From: Paraspadella gotoi
Lineage: Eukaryota > Animalia > Chaetognatha
Assembly (NCBI GenBank): GCA_051294375.1
Contig: CM119265.1
Location: 5,813,696 to 5,877,695 of the forward strand
Direction of reading: 5' to 3'
DNA length: 64,000 nt
This document shows, in pieces, positions 11,915-26,228 of the stretch. Position 1 is the first letter of the stretch. The number at the start of each line of letters is the position of its first letter. A model generated the notes under the pieces. The model worked only from the letters and a program-made list of their open reading frames with translations. It was not told the origin of the DNA and did no database searches. Both the position numbers and the translations under genes were made by a program.

Positions 11915-12617
11915 GACTACGTGCAAATATACCCCAAAGAAATAAATAAAATACATCGATACAATATGACCACATTTATGATATTGCAAAATAATCATAA
12001 TCATATAAGCCTAAAACTAATGTAAATATAACGTACATTCAACTGAGACTTGAATCTTTTTGCGTCGGTTTTTTTTCTTCCCTGAGGACCTCAGTTGTCG
12101 ATATCTCGTCTCGCAATCGATTCATTTCTTTCTTTTTTTATCCTAATTCTCTAAAGCGTGATTATCAATATCGACATTATGAATGTATACGTATATATAT
12201 ATATATAAATCACATTATGAATATCGACCCCTTCGCGTCAGCTTTCCCCATGAGGCAAAAATTATATCCTGCAATTATTGTACTTTTAATAGAATCATTA
12301 TAACTTTAAACTTTCATCTTAAGTTAACTATAACGACCTCCTACCTAGTTTATATTCAATGAAATACCAAAATATCGTAGGCCAAAAAACTGAACTGCAT
12401 TGGACTGCAACGTCTGATGCGACAACAGGGAGGTCAGTGGCTGCGACCCGAGAGGGCGCACCCCTCGCATGGCGCCGAGGGAAAAAAAGGGCGCGTTTAA
12501 AGGGTGGAATTAAGAGAAATGCCAAAACAACTCAAAAGACGCCGTTTTGAGAGGCAGAAGGTCAAACCTTAATGGCCGGAAAATAGAAGGGAGACCCAAA
12601 GAATGAAGAAAAGGGGG

Positions 12618-12735
<118 letters not shown>

Positions 12736-15346
12736 CTTTATATTTATAATATTTGGTTAAATTTCAGCTATGCAGTATGCACAGCTAACTCTACCAGTTA
12801 GATAAAAAAAAAGTAAAGAAAAGCCGGAAAAATAAAAGCATTACAATCTATCAAATTCTGCCAAGAATTTTCAGAGAAAACGAGTTTTTTACTTTTTCTA
12901 ATTTCGTCATTTTTCCTGAGAAACCGCCTCTAATGAGAGAAGGAAACCGACGTAATTTCTTTTCTCTTTTATAAATGAATCGAAAAAGAAAGAAAATGAA
13001 AGATGAACGAACCGACGCTTTTCACTCTCTCTCACTCTCTCGTTCCTTCTCGAGCGATCGTTCGATTTATGTGTATTTTAAGTATCTTTTATTGTTTACT
13101 TTTGTGTAATTTATCTTTGTTTTTTGAATATTTTTTTTCCCTTTTTCTTCGTTTGGAAACATCACTCTAAACAGGATTGATCAACATTCGACATTGACAT
13201 CCGACTCTCGCCTTTTCTCTCTCTCTCTCTCTCTCTCCTCTCATCTCTCTCTCGTCTCTCTCTTCTCTCTCCTCTCTCCTCGCTCTCTTCTCACTCTCTC
13301 TTTCTCTCCTCCTCCTCTCTCTCTATCTCTCTCAGTAGTTCAACTCTTCTCACTCCTGGTCCCCCGAATCTTCAACTCCGCTCCCGCTAAAACTAGAACT
13401 CACTCATAGCCGAAAAGAGAAATGAAAAATCAAATCCGAGAGGCGAAGAAGCGCCGCTCGTTTTTAAAAAAAAACAGAGAAGAGAGAGACACGAGAGAGA
13501 GAGAGAGAGAGAGAAGAGAGAGAAAGAGAGAGAGAACAATTTCCCCTGCTTCTCCTTTCTATACTTATTTTCTTTTTTCCCTCCCTCCATGGAATTTTTT
13601 TTTCGTTTGCGTATGTGTATTTCTTTCTTTTTTTTCTCCGTCCCTTTTAATTATCTTTCATTGTTGCAAATACAGAAGTGGGTTATTCTTACTTTTTTCT
13701 TCTTAACGATGTTTTTCTCATTTTAAATTTTTGTTTCTTTTGTGTGTTTTGTTTGTTTGTCATATGTGCTTCTCATTATTCTCCTTTTGTCCGCTTATAG
13801 TTTGATACGTGTAGAGACTGGTTTTTTTTCAGCGCATCACATTCTAAAAAAATGTTATATATTCCAAGTAGCTTTTGGAAATTGACAGGTTTCCTAGGTC
13901 CACTTCTAGACATCTATTTTTTAAGGGCGATAGAACAACAATCTAATTTCCCATCGCATAAAATCGGGAAGCTCATGTTGAAATATGAATTTTAACAAGT
14001 GTAGACAGTAGTATATCAAATAATAGTACGTGGTACACAGGCGCTTTTAGGTACGCATTAATAATACCTTTTTAATTCCTTTGTAACTATCAAAAAAATA
14101 TATTATGACATAATTATGTAAATTCTTTTTTTTGTTTATTTTTTCTTTTTAAATCTCAAAACGCCTTCCTTTGATTCGACACCAAATCCAGTCCTGACTG
14201 CTTCTCTTCCCTTCATCTCCTATCTCCCCCTTTCCCCTTTTCCCCTCCAGTCCTCCGATAAATAGATTTCCCCTGCGGGGGTCAGGGCCCAACGAAACCC
14301 TTCCCGACCAAAACTTTAACCTTACCCTCGATTCGGGGGGGAAGAAGGAGGAAAGCCAAAAAGAATTTCGCGAATTAAAAGAAAAAATATTCGTCGAGAC
14401 TGGATTTCTTCGCAAACACGAGGAGAATCGTTTATTGTCCTCTCTCTCTCATCTCTCTCTCATCTCTCCTCCTCTCTCTCTACTCTCATCACTCTCATCA
14501 CATCTCACTCTCTCCTCATCTCTCTCTCTCCTCCCTTCGTCTCTCTCTCTCGCTCTTCATCTCTCTCTCTCTCTCGCTCTCTCTCTCTCCCTCCTCCTCT
14601 CTCTCTCTCTCTCTCTCCTCTCTCTCTTTCTCTCTCTTCTCTCTGCCCTTCGCGATATATATATTTCTTCTATCCTCCATTCCTTTCCGATTGCTCATTT
14701 GTAACTGTTTTCTGGGAAAAGGCGCTGGAAAATAAACGCGCTGGAAAACGGAACGAAGAAAAGTGGGGGAGAGAGAAAGAGAAACAATTTTCTTGCTTCT
14801 CTTTTACTCTTTACTCTCTTCTACCTCTCCTATTCCTGGGACGGATACAATGACGTCAATATCGCGGGTGCTTGACCGGCATCTAGCTACTGGGTAGACA
14901 GTAGACGCAAGGCTGTTGGTTAAGCCTAAAGATTTTTTGCTAGTATAAAATGTAATTTTGCTCCGTTGGTTTATCTCCAGATTATCTGTTGAAATTAAAC
15001 ATCTTTCTTTCTTTTTTTAATATTTTTGCATAAAACTGTAGTTATAAGAATGGACACCGAATTCTATCGTGAGAATCAATATTTAATGCACGCTAAACTA
15101 AATCGAAAATAAAATTTTAGTACAGCAGCCATATTTTTTTTATTCTTAGTGAAACTAAAACCTGCGCAAGTCGGGTCTCGGTATAGCAAATTTCATTGGC
15201 GTCCAAAAGTCGATGGTGGAAGGCGTCAACATTGGCCCGCGAATGATGGCGTTTCTCAGCTCAGCCTAATGCCCTCAATGGCTTAGGAATCTACCGCCCC
15301 ATTCTCGTCCCCCGGCTCAACGCTGGCAAACGCAAAAATCTATACC

Positions 15347-15630
15347 TGAGGGCGGATATGAGGTCGCGCGACGGCGAGGTGGGCGAGGTGGCGGAGCGAG
15401 GTGGCGAGGGGGGTAGGGGAGGTGGACCGTGGAAAAGCCCGCACCGCCGCTCTCAGCGGGATCCAGAGGAAGGCGGGCGCGCTTCCGGATCCGAAGACAG
15501 TTGATTGGGGTGAGAGACCCGGGTCGACCAAAGCAGATTGGCCAAAGATGGCTTCTTGTTCGGTTGTTATGCGGAGGAAATTTGGTGAGGGGAGGGGAAG
15601 AGGGAGAGAGAAGAGGTGGGGGAGAGTGGT
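15347..15630 (-). CDS. Candidate Ser/Pro-rich exon, copy 1 (other copies 28107-28382 -, ~22302-22582 +, ~35089-35354 +, ~42637-42917 -)
   Basis: Cross-copy consensus: polypyrimidine-cacag acceptor, open frame TLSPTSLSPSSPPLTKFLPNNRTKSHCCHLLGRPGSLTPINLSSIRSGPPSLDPAERAGAFPRSTSLPLATSAPPTSAHLRRRATSYPPS, G|gtatag donor; individual copies are frameshifted by read errors. Confidence 0.3.
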
Positions 15631-16559
15631 CTGTGGTGAGAAGAGGTAAGGAAAGCAAAAAAAGAAAACGGGATTTCTGCCGGTGAATCTTTTTTTTTTT
15701 CTCTCTCAAGTTTAGACGCTAATCCCCGGGTTTAAAAACTTCTTTGTTTGTTTGACGGCTGGGGAGGTTTTCTGTCAAGGGATTTTCAACGGATGTTTCG
15801 TGAAGATTTTCCGGGAGGGAATAAATCTTTGGATCAATGTTTGTTCGGCGTCGTGGAATACGAAGAAAAAATAATTATTTACATCAAAACAAGAGGGAAA
15901 TGTTCTTTTTTCCAGAAAAAAGAACTAGTGGCGGTTATCTTAAACAGAGGACATTCACAAATTAATCTGCTACAGTTATAGATTAAAATGATTAAAAGAT
16001 CATAAAAAATAATTTCCTGATTTTTGTCTGGGATTCCCCAGCATTGAATTCCATGTTGTTTCCTTTTCGCATTTTATCCCATTTATTATATTAATTGCAT
16101 AAAAATGTAGAATTTGGGGCTTTTTTTTTTGTTTTGGGACTGTGTCGGTGAACTGAGGATTTCAAGCGTGTGCTGGAGGCAATATAAAATAGCCCTACAT
16201 TCTCTTTCTGTAAACTGTGACGCTGCGGCATATTTCGATCTCAAAATAAAAACCCATCATTGAGGACATTTATAAATCTAGGTAACATGTATAGAAAGAA
16301 ATAAATAGAAAAAAGCAAAAAGATATTAAGGTAATAGGCAGCAGGGAACTGGAAAAGAGGGGGGGAGAAGCTGCAGCAGCAAGACGAGCGCCGACGAAAA
16401 AGGAAGGCAAGGAAATCTGAGAGAAAAAAGAGGTGAGGAAGAAACATTAAGCCCCAATTGGTGAAGGTGAGGGTGGTAAGGAAAAGAGGGGGGGAACTGG
16501 AGAAGAGAGAGAGAGAAGCAGAGAGTAGTAAGAGAGAGAAGAGAGAGAGAGAGAGAGAG

Positions 16560-16590
<31 letters not shown>

Positions 16591-17430
16591 GGGAGGTAGA
16601 GAGAGAGAGAGAAAGAAAGAGAAAGAGAGAGAGGAAAAAAAACCATTAAAAACGGAGTGAGAGGATATTAAAAAAAGAAACTTTTTTTCACCCCTCACAA
16701 TCTCCTCTTCTCTTCTCTTCTCATCACGCCTCTCATCCTTTTTCCTCTTCCTCTTCCTCTCCTTTCAATAGAACACGCGAGAGGAGGCGAGAGGAGGCCA
16801 TCAGCCGAGGGTCTGATGGTCCGAGTTGACTTTTTTTTCTCTTCTCTCTTCTCCTTAATTTTCTGGAATCAATTTAGTTCCAATCACGTAGAGGGATCAA
16901 CTTATTCCACCAGACGCGATCGACCGTCCGGGCTTTCTTTTTTCCATTTCCTTTCTTCCCTTTCTTCTTTTTTAAAAGAAATAAAAAAACCTTTGCTCTT
17001 CTATTTTTTTCCTTTGTTCTTATAATTTTTTAATGTTTTTTTTTTATTTACCTTTTTTCTTTTTCTCTCTCTCTCCTCTCTCTCTCTCTCTCTGCCGTCT
17101 TTACTTCGCAACACCTTTCCCTTATTTTTTTTCTCTTATTCCATTTTTTCCTTTCCTTTTTGTTTCATTTGCTCTTTTGTCTTTTTCAATTTTTTCCCGC
17201 ATTCTTCAACACGAAGGCTCGAATCTTCCGTCCTCATTTTGTTTCTTTCCAACGCGATGAATTCGGAATACTTTTTCGACTCTTTTTTTTTCACTGTTGA
17301 TTATGAATAGACCATGTCAAGTTACGCCAGTTTATATCCTGGCTGTTTACATTATACCATGTTTTTTACACCTTCGTCTACTTCGCACTTCTACCCGCTA
17401 AATTTTTTACATTTCAAATTTTCTCTTCTT

Positions 17431-17704
17431 TTTAGCTGCGCCGCGAGGTAACTCGCGAAGCCAACTCTTCACATTTTTCGTCGATTTTATCGGTCTGTCC
17501 GTCCCATCGGTCTGTCCCCACTTTCGTTAAAAATGCTCATAACATAAGTTACAGTAATAATAACAAGTAAGAAAAGTTATTGTAACGTCAGGTAAAGTCA
17601 TGTCATGCTAAACGTCATGTCACATCATTTCATGTCATGTCACGAAGAAATACACATTGTTAGGCAGTTCAACTGCGGCGGCACATATGGAATACCGTTC
17701 TTGT
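17431..17704 (+). mobile_element. DINE-1/HINE-like non-autonomous Helentron, full length (one insertion, repeated with the unit at ~20287-20548 -, 30161-30439 +, 33101-33367 -, 44671-44932 +)
   Basis: 5' subTIR GTTGCGCCGC with hairpin AGTTGC-gc-CGCGAGTACTCGCG-aa-GCAACT (cleanest at 30165-30194), GTCY core, (CATGT)n, 3' subTIR GCGGCGCAAC (clean at 33124-33133 -), end ...CCGTTCTTG; T-rich flanks, no TSD seen. Confidence 0.65.
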
Positions 17705-18704
17705 TTTTCAACGTTTTCTCTTTTCTTTTTCGCTTTCCCTTCCCAGATCTTCCGACCTCCGTTGTTCTTGCGAATATTTTATGTTACATTTTTTTTTTAG
17801 TTTTCTCTCGCAGTTTACAAATAAAAAAAATTAAGTTTTTTTTTCCTCTATATACAGTTACGAGGACATTACGAACAAAAAAAAAAGAATTTTCTCTACG
17901 CAAAAAAAAAAAAATATCGAATAATTAACGATTCATTCCCCAGTCAACCCCACACGCCCCCCCCCCCAAACCGTTTGACTCACCGATCATTACCAAAACG
18001 ATGAGTTTAACGACGACCTCCACCTCCCCAATTTACCATCTTCCGATATTCATTTTTCTTATCTAACGTCTACCCGCAATATCGAATTGGGGAACCAAAA
18101 CTAGAGATCCTTTAACGAAACCTAATTACTTCCGTTTTAAAAATCCTGCGTCCATAACATATCTCACTCTTTTGTGTTCCCTCCCTCCTCCGCCCAAAAA
18201 AAAAATCTAAAAATAACTTCCCAATCGCAAACCAGAATTCCCGCCCCCCCCAATGTTCCTTTCGTTCCAAGTATTCAACCCACTGTGCCCGCTTTCCCCA
18301 GTGCCCCCGTTCCCTTTTCAAGCCCCACTTCCCCCCCCCAGGGACCCCTTCCCAATCGAGGCACTGGGCATTCACGGGGAAATTTCGCGCTCACCCATCT
18401 TTTCTTTTCAAACCGGTTTCCCTTTTTCTATTTTGCCGCAGTCAATAAAACCGCGAAACGTAAGCGACAACGGGACCGGATTCATTGGTGCAAACATGGA
18501 AAGGGAGGAGGAAGAAGAAGAAGAAGAAAGGGAGAAAAGGGAATATTTCGATCTTTTCTTTCTACTCTCTCTCTTCTCCTGTCTCTCTCTCATCTCTCTC
18601 TGCTTTCAATTATTTACCGAGAGCAAAAAGGACATGAGCAAGAAATATTCTCCATTCCTTTGCCTTTTTTTATTCCTCTCAAGCTCTCTCTCTAAATCAT
18701 CCTC

Positions 18705-18737
<33 letters not shown>

Positions 18738-18841
18738 TCTCGTCTCTCACTCTCTCTCTCTCTCTCGTCTCTCAAATAACTTTTCAACGCGCTCTTTTCA
18801 ACTCTCTTCCAATACTGCCCTCAGTCGGACGTCGATGACTA

Positions 18842-18920
18842 GTCGTCGTCCGCGTCGTCGTCGTCCGTCGTCGTCGCGTCGTCGTCGTCGAGTCGTCGTC
18901 GTCGTCGTCGTCGTCGTCGT
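18842..18920. repeat. (CGT)n microsatellite next to the fold-back
   Basis: Seen directly; mirrored as (GAC)n at ~19120-19200. Confidence 0.9.
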
Positions 18921-18976
18921 CCCGTTATTGATAATTGATATCGTCGTTTTGAATCGTCGTCATCGTCCCGTCGTCG

Positions 18977-19267
18977 CCCCTCACCTCCGCCAACCCTCAT
19001 TTCCGGTTCCACTCATGAAATTTTTTTCTGCCGAACCGCGGGATGGAATCAACAATGACGACGACGACACGATGACGGACGAATCAAAACGACGATATCA
19101 TTATCAATAACGGGGACCGAACGACGACGACGACGACGACGACGAAAAGAACGACGAACGAACCGACGACGAACGAACGACGAACGACGAACGACGAGAC
19201 GACTAGTCCATCAGTCCGTTGAGGCGAGTATTGGAAGAGAGTTGAAAAGGCGCGTTTGAAAAGTTAT

Positions 19268-19346
<79 letters not shown>

Positions 19347-20879
19347 GCTTGAGAGAATAAAAAAAGGCAAGGAAATGGAGAATATTTCTTGCTCAATGTC
19401 CTTTTTTGCTCTGGGAAATTAATGAAAGCAGAGAGAGAGAGAGAGAGACAGAGAGAGAGAGAGTAAGAAAGAAAAAGATCGAATTATTCCCTTTTTCTCC
19501 GCTTCTTCTTCTTCTTCCTCCTCCTCCCTTTACATGGTTTGCACCAATGATCCGTCCCGTTGTCGTATCGTCGGGTTTATTGACTGGCAAAATAGAAAAA
19601 GGGAAAACCGTTTGAAAAGAAAAGATGTGAGCGCCGAAATTCCGCGTGAATGCCCAGGCTCGATGGGAAGGGGTCCTGGGGGGATGGGGCTGAAAGGGAA
19701 CGGGGGCACTGGGAAAAGGGGCACAGTCTGGTAAATACTTGGACGAAAAGGAACATTGGGGGGGGGGGGAATTCTGGTTGCGATTGGAAAGTTTATTTTT
19801 TAGATTTTTTTTTTTTGGGGGGGGGAGGAAACAAAGAGTGAGATATGTTATGACGGCAGGATTTTTAAACCGAGTAATTAGGTTCGTTAAAGGATCTTAG
19901 TTTGGTCCCCAATTCGATATTGCGGTAACGTTAGATAAGAAAATGAATATCGGAAGATGGTAAATGGGGGAGGTGCAGGTCGTAGTTAAAACTCATCAGT
20001 TTGGGTAATGATCGTGAAGTCAACACGGTTTGGGGGGGGGGCGCTGTGGGTTTGACTGGGGAAATGAATCGCTTAACATTATCGATAATTTTTTTTTTTG
20101 GTAGAGAAAAATTCTTTTTTTTTGTTCGTATGTCGTTAACTGTATAGAGAGAAAAAAACTTAATTTTTTTTTTATTGTTAAAAACGGGGAGAAAACTAAA
20201 AAAAAATGTAAAAATCCAAGAAAACAACGGAGTCGGAGATTCTGGAAGGGAAAAGGCGAAAAAGGAAAACGAGAAAACGTCGAAAAACAAGAACGGTAAT
20301 TCCCAATATGTTGCGCCCCGCAGTGACTGCCTAACAATGTGGTATTTTCCGTGACATGACTGAATGACGTGAACATGACGTTTACATGACATGAACTACC
20401 TGACTAGCAATAACTTTCTCTACTGTTATTAATTACTGTAACTTATTGTTATGAGCATTTACGAAAGTGGGACAGACCGATGGAGAGACGATAAATGACC
20501 GAAAAGTGAAGAGTTGCTTCGGCGAGTACTCGCGGCCGCAGCTAAAAAGAAGAGAAAATTTGAAATGTAAAAATTAGCGGGTAGAAAGTTGCAAAAGTAG
20601 ATCGAAAGGGTAAAAAACATGGTATAATGTAAACCAGCGAGGATATAAAACTGCGTAACTTGACATGGTCTAGTCATAATCACAGTGAAAAAAAAAGAGT
20701 CGAAAAAGTATTCGAAATCATCGCGTGGAAAGAAACAAATGGACGAAGATTCGAGCCTCGTGTTTGAAGAAGCGGAAAATGAAAAAAAGAACAACAAGAG
20801 GCAAATGAAACAAAAGGAAAGGAAAAATGGAAATAAGAGAAAAAAAATAAGGGAAAAAGGTGTTGCGAAGTAAAGACGG

Positions 20880-20910
<31 letters not shown>

Positions 20911-21366
20911 AAAAAAAAGGTAAAGTAAAAAAAACATTAATTAAAGAAAAAGGAAAAAATAGAAGAGCAAAGGTTTTTTTATTTCTTTAAAAAAAAAAAG
21001 AAAGAAAAGGAAAGAAGCGACGGTCGATCGGTCGGTGGATATAAGGTTGATCCCTCGTGAATGGAACTAAATTGATTCCAGAGAATAAGGAAGAAGAGAG
21101 AGAGAAAAAAAAGTCAACTCGGACCAATCAGACCCTCGGGCGTGAATGGCCTCCTCTCGCCTCCTCTCGCGTTTTCTATTGAAAAGGGAAGGAGGAAGAG
21201 GAAGAGGAAAAAGGATGAAGAGGCGTGAAGAAAGAGGAAGAAGAGAGATTGGGAAGGGTTTGAAAAAAGTTTTCTTTTTCTTATATCCCTCTCACTCCGT
21301 AATAATGTTTTTTTTCCTCTCTCTCTTTCTCTTTCCTTTCTCTCTCTCCTCTCTCCCCCTCTCTCT

Positions 21367-21418
<52 letters not shown>

Positions 21419-24400
21419 GTCTCTCTCTCTCTCTCTCTTCTCTTCAAGTCCCCCGCCTCTTTTCCCTTAACCACCTCACCTTCACCAAATGGGGCTTAAT
21501 GTTTCTTCTCACCTTCTTTTTTTTTCTCTTCAATTTCCCTTTGCCTTCCTTCGCGGACGCTCGTTCTTGCTGCTGCAGGCGTTCTCCCCCCCTCTTTCCA
21601 GTTCCTGCTGCATTACTTAAATATCTTTTGCTTTTTCTTATTTCTTTCTATACATGTCTACCTATTTTTATAAATGTCCTCTAATGATGGGTTTTAAATT
21701 TGAGATCGAAATATCGCGCACAGCAGTCACAGTTACAGGAGAATGTAGGTATTATTATTATGGCCTCCAGCACACGCTGGAATCCCCAGTTCACCGACAC
21801 AGTCCCAAAAAGCAAAAAAAAAAAGCCAATTCTACATTTTATGCAATTAATATAATATGGGATAAAATGGCGAAAAGGAAAACACATGGATTCAAATGCT
21901 GGGGAAAATCCCAGACAAATCAAGAAAATTATTTAATGAATCTTTAATCATTTAATCTTAACTGTAGCAGATTAATTCAGTGAATTCCCTCTTAGATAAC
22001 GCACTGTTCTTTTTTTTCTGAAAAAAGACATTTCCCTCTGTTTGATGTTAAAATAATTATTTTTCTTCGTATCCATCGACGCCGACAAACATTGATCGCA
22101 AAGATTTAATTCCCTCCCGAAAATCTTCAACAAAGCATCCGTTGAAAATCCACTTTGACAGAAAAACCTCCCCAGCCGTCAAACAACAAAGAAGTTTTAA
22201 ACCCGGGAATTAGCGTCTAAACTTGAGAGAGGAAAAAAAAAAAAGATTCACCGGCAGAAGATCCCGTTTTCTTTTTCTTTGCCTTACCTCTCTCACCACA
22301 GACACTCTCCCCCACGCTCTCTCTCTCCCTCTTCCCTCCGCCTCACCAAAATTCCTCCCAAACAACCGAACCAAAAGCCATTGTTGCCATCTGCTTTGTC
22401 GACGCCGGGTCTCTCACCCCAACAACCTGTCTTCGATTCCGGGAGCGGCCCGCCTTCCTTGGATCACGCTGAGAGGGCGGGGGCTTTTCCCCCGGTCCGC
22501 ACCTCCATACCCCTCGCCACCTCCGCTCCGCCCACCTCCGCCCACACTCCGCCGTCGCGCGACCATCATATTCCGCCCTCAGGTATAAGATTTTGCCGTT
22601 GCCACGGTTAGGGGGGGAGAATGGGGCGGAGATTCCTGAAAGCAATTGAGGGCATTTGGCTGAGTGTTGCTGAGAAAACGCCATCTAATCGGGGCCATGT
22701 TGACGACTTCCACGCATCGACTTGGACGCAATGAAATGTTCCGCTAAATAACCGAGACGCCGACTGGCAGTTTTTTGAGTTTCACTAAGGAATAAAAAAG
22801 ATAGGCTGCGTGTGAGCTAAAATTATTATTTCGATTTATTGAGGGTGGCAGTAAATATTGAATTCTCCACGGATAGAATTCCGTTGTCGATTCTTATAAC
22901 GTACAGGTTTATGCAAAAATATTTAGAAAAAGAAAGAAGATGTTTAATTCTAACAGATAATGACGGAGAATAAACGAAACGAGGAAATATAAGCATTTTA
23001 TACGAAGCAAAAATCTTTTGCCTTAAGCAACGAGGCCTTGCGTCTACTGTCTACACCAGTGGACTAGATGCCAGGTCCAAGCACCCGGATATGACGTCAT
23101 GTGTAGTCCCGGCCCAGGAAGAGAGAGGAGAGAGAGAGATAAAGAGTAAGAGAGAAGGAGAAATATGTTTCTCTCTCTCTCCCCACTTTCTCGATTCCGT
23201 TTTCCAGCGGCGTTTTTTCGCAGCGCCTTTTCCCAAGAAACCAGTTACAAATGAAGGCAAAGTGCGAAAGGAATGGAGAGAAATAGTGGATATCGCGAGG
23301 GAGAGAAGAGAGAGAAAAGAGACAAGAGGAGAGAGAGAGAGAGACGAGAGAGAGAAGAAAAGTAGCAGGGCGAGAGAGAGAGAGAGAGAGAGGGAGGGAA
23401 AGGGGGGAGGGTGGGGGTGGGGTGGGGGGGGAGGCAAGGGGGAGGGAGCGCGGGGGAGAGAGAGAGTAGAGAGGAGAGAGAGGAGAGAGAGGAGAGAAGT
23501 GAGAGAGTGAGTAGAGAGAGAGTAGAAGGAGAGAGAGAGAGAGAGAGAGATGAGAGAGAGACAATAAAACGAATTCTTCCTGCGTGTTTGAAGAAATCCA
23601 GTCTGGCGCGACGAATATTTTCTTTTTTAATGTCGGCGAAATTCTTTTGGCTCCTCCTTCTTGCACCCCCGAATCGAGGGTAGAGTTAAAAGTTTGGGTC
23701 GGGAAGGTTCGTTGGCGCTGACCCCGCAGGGAAATCTATATTTATCGAAGGAACTAGGGAGGGGAAGAATGGGGAAAAGGGAGAAGGGAGATGAGAGGGG
23801 AAGAGAAGTGCAGATCAGGAACTGGATTGGTGTCGAATCAAAAGGGAAGAAGGGCGTTTGAGAAATTAAGAAAGAAAAAATAACAAAAAAAGATTTACAT
23901 AAAATTATGTCATTATATGTTTTTTTTGATATTACAAAAGGAATTAAAAGGTATTATTAATGTACATAAAAGCGCCTGTTGTATCCAACGTACTATTATG
24001 ATATACTAGCTGTTAGCACTGTAAAATCAAATTTTCAAATGACTTCCGCGATTTTAATGGCGATGGAAATTGAGAGTTTTTTGTTGTATCTATCGCTAAA
24101 AGCAATAGATGTCAGAAGTGGAACCTAGGAAACCCTGTCAATGTTGCTCAAAGTACTTGGAGATATATAGACAGTTTTTTTAAAAATGTGATGGCGAAAA
24201 AAAAACCAGAGTCTTCTCAACGTATCCAAACTATACATGCGGACAAAAGGGAGAGATAAGTGAGAGCACATATGACAAAACAAAACAACACAAAAGAAAC
24301 AAAAAATATTAAAAATGAGAAAAAAACATCGTAAGAAAAAAAAGTAAGAAATAAACCACTTCTGTAATGCAACAAATGAAAGATAATAAAAGGGAGGAGA

Positions 24401-26196
24401 AAAAGAAGAAAATACACATAGCGAAACGAAAAAAAAATCCATGGAGGGAGGGAAAAGAATAAGTATAGAAAGAGAGAAGCAGGGGAAATGTGTTCTCCTC
24501 TCTCTTCTCTCTCGTTCTCTCTCTCGTCTCTCTCTCTCTTTTCGTGGCTCTCTCGTCTCTCATCTCTCTGTTTTTTTTTTTTAAAACGAAGGCGGGGCCT
24601 TTCTTCGCGCCCTCGGGATTGATTTTCCATTTCTCTTTTTCGGGATGAGTGAGTGTCTATGTTAAGCGGGAGCGGAGTGAAGAACGGGGCGAGAAAGTAC
24701 TACGTGGAGAAGAGAGAGAGAGAGAGAGGGAGAGAGAGAGAGAGAGAGAGAAGGAGGAGGAGAGAGAGGAGAAGGAGGGGAGGGAAGGTCTAGATCGTCC
24801 GAATGTTGATCATCCTGTTTGAGAGTGATGTTTCCAAACGAAGTTAAAAGGGAAAAAAAGATATTCAAAAAGCAAAAATAAATATACAAAAGTTAAACAA
24901 TAAAGATACTAAGAATACAACATAAATCGAAACGATGCCTCGATGAAGGAAACGAGAGAGTGAGAGAGAGTGAAAAGCGTCGGTTCGTTCATGCTTCATT
25001 TCTTTAGCTTTTTCGATTCATTTATAGAAAGAGGAAAAGAATTACGTCGGTTTCCTTATCTCGCATTAGAGGCGATTTCTCAGGAAAAATGACGAATTAG
25101 AAAAAGTAAAAACTCGTTTTCTATGAAATTCTTGGGCAGAATTTGATAGGATTGTAAATGGCTTTGTATTTTTTCCGGCTTTTTTTAGCTTTTTTTTGAT
25201 GCTAACCTGGTATAAAGAGTTAGGCTGTGGGCGATACTGCAATAGCTGAAATTTAACCAAATAGTATATATAAATATAGAAGCTTCTCTCTCTGCTCATT
25301 TCTCTCTCCTACTCTCGTCTTCCATCATCCATCTCTCTCTCGTCGTCTTCGTCTCTTCTCGTTCCTCGCCTTCTCTCTCTCGTTCTCTCTCTTTTTCCCG
25401 CCTTTTCTTCATTCTTTGGGTCTCCCTTTCTATTTTCGCGGCCATTAAAGGTTTGGACCTTCTGCCTCTAACAAGGCGCAGGCGTCTTTGAGTTGTTTTG
25501 GCATTTCTCTTAATTCCCCCCTTTAAAAACGGCGCCCTTTTTTCCCTCGGCGCCATGCGAGGGGTGGCGCATCATCGGTCGCAGCCACTGAAACCTGTCA
25601 TTTTGTCGATCAGAACGTTGCAGATCCAATGCAGTTCATTTTTTTGGCCTACGAATATTGTTGGGTATGTTCATTGAATTATGAGAACTAGGTAGTAGGT
25701 CGTTATAGGTAAGCTTAAGATGTAAGTTTAAGTTATAATCATTCTATTAAAAAGTACAGATAATTGGGCAAGGATCGTAGATTTTTGCACATGGTGGAGA
25801 TGAGCTGACGAGCGAAGGGATGATATCTTCATAATAGGTGATTTATATATATATATATATACGTGTAAGGCATTACAATAATGTCGAATATTGTATAATC
25901 ACGGCTTTAAGAGAATTAGGATAAAAATGAAAGGAAATGAAATCGAATTGGCGATGACGAAGATATTCCGACACATCTGAGCGTCCTCAGGGAAGAAAAA
26001 AACTCGACGGGCAAAAAGATTCAGGTCTCAGTTGGAATGGTCGACGTTATGATTACATTAGTTTAGGGCTATATATGAGTGTATGATTATTGTTGCAGAA
26101 TATAGCATAAATGTGGTCATATTGATATGATGTATTTGTATAATTGATTTCTTTGGGGATGATTTGGCACGTAGTCAAAAAGAGAGAGGAGAGAGT

Positions 26197-26228
<32 letters not shown>

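Noticed and set aside
12381-12560. Plus-strand exon candidate (AKKLNCIGLQR...)
   Set aside because: Copies disagree in frame and no clear donor site was found
18977-19060. Missed SMRTbell adapter at the palindrome centre
   Set aside because: The loop is genomic (matches 46182-46256 on the opposite strand), not adapter sequence
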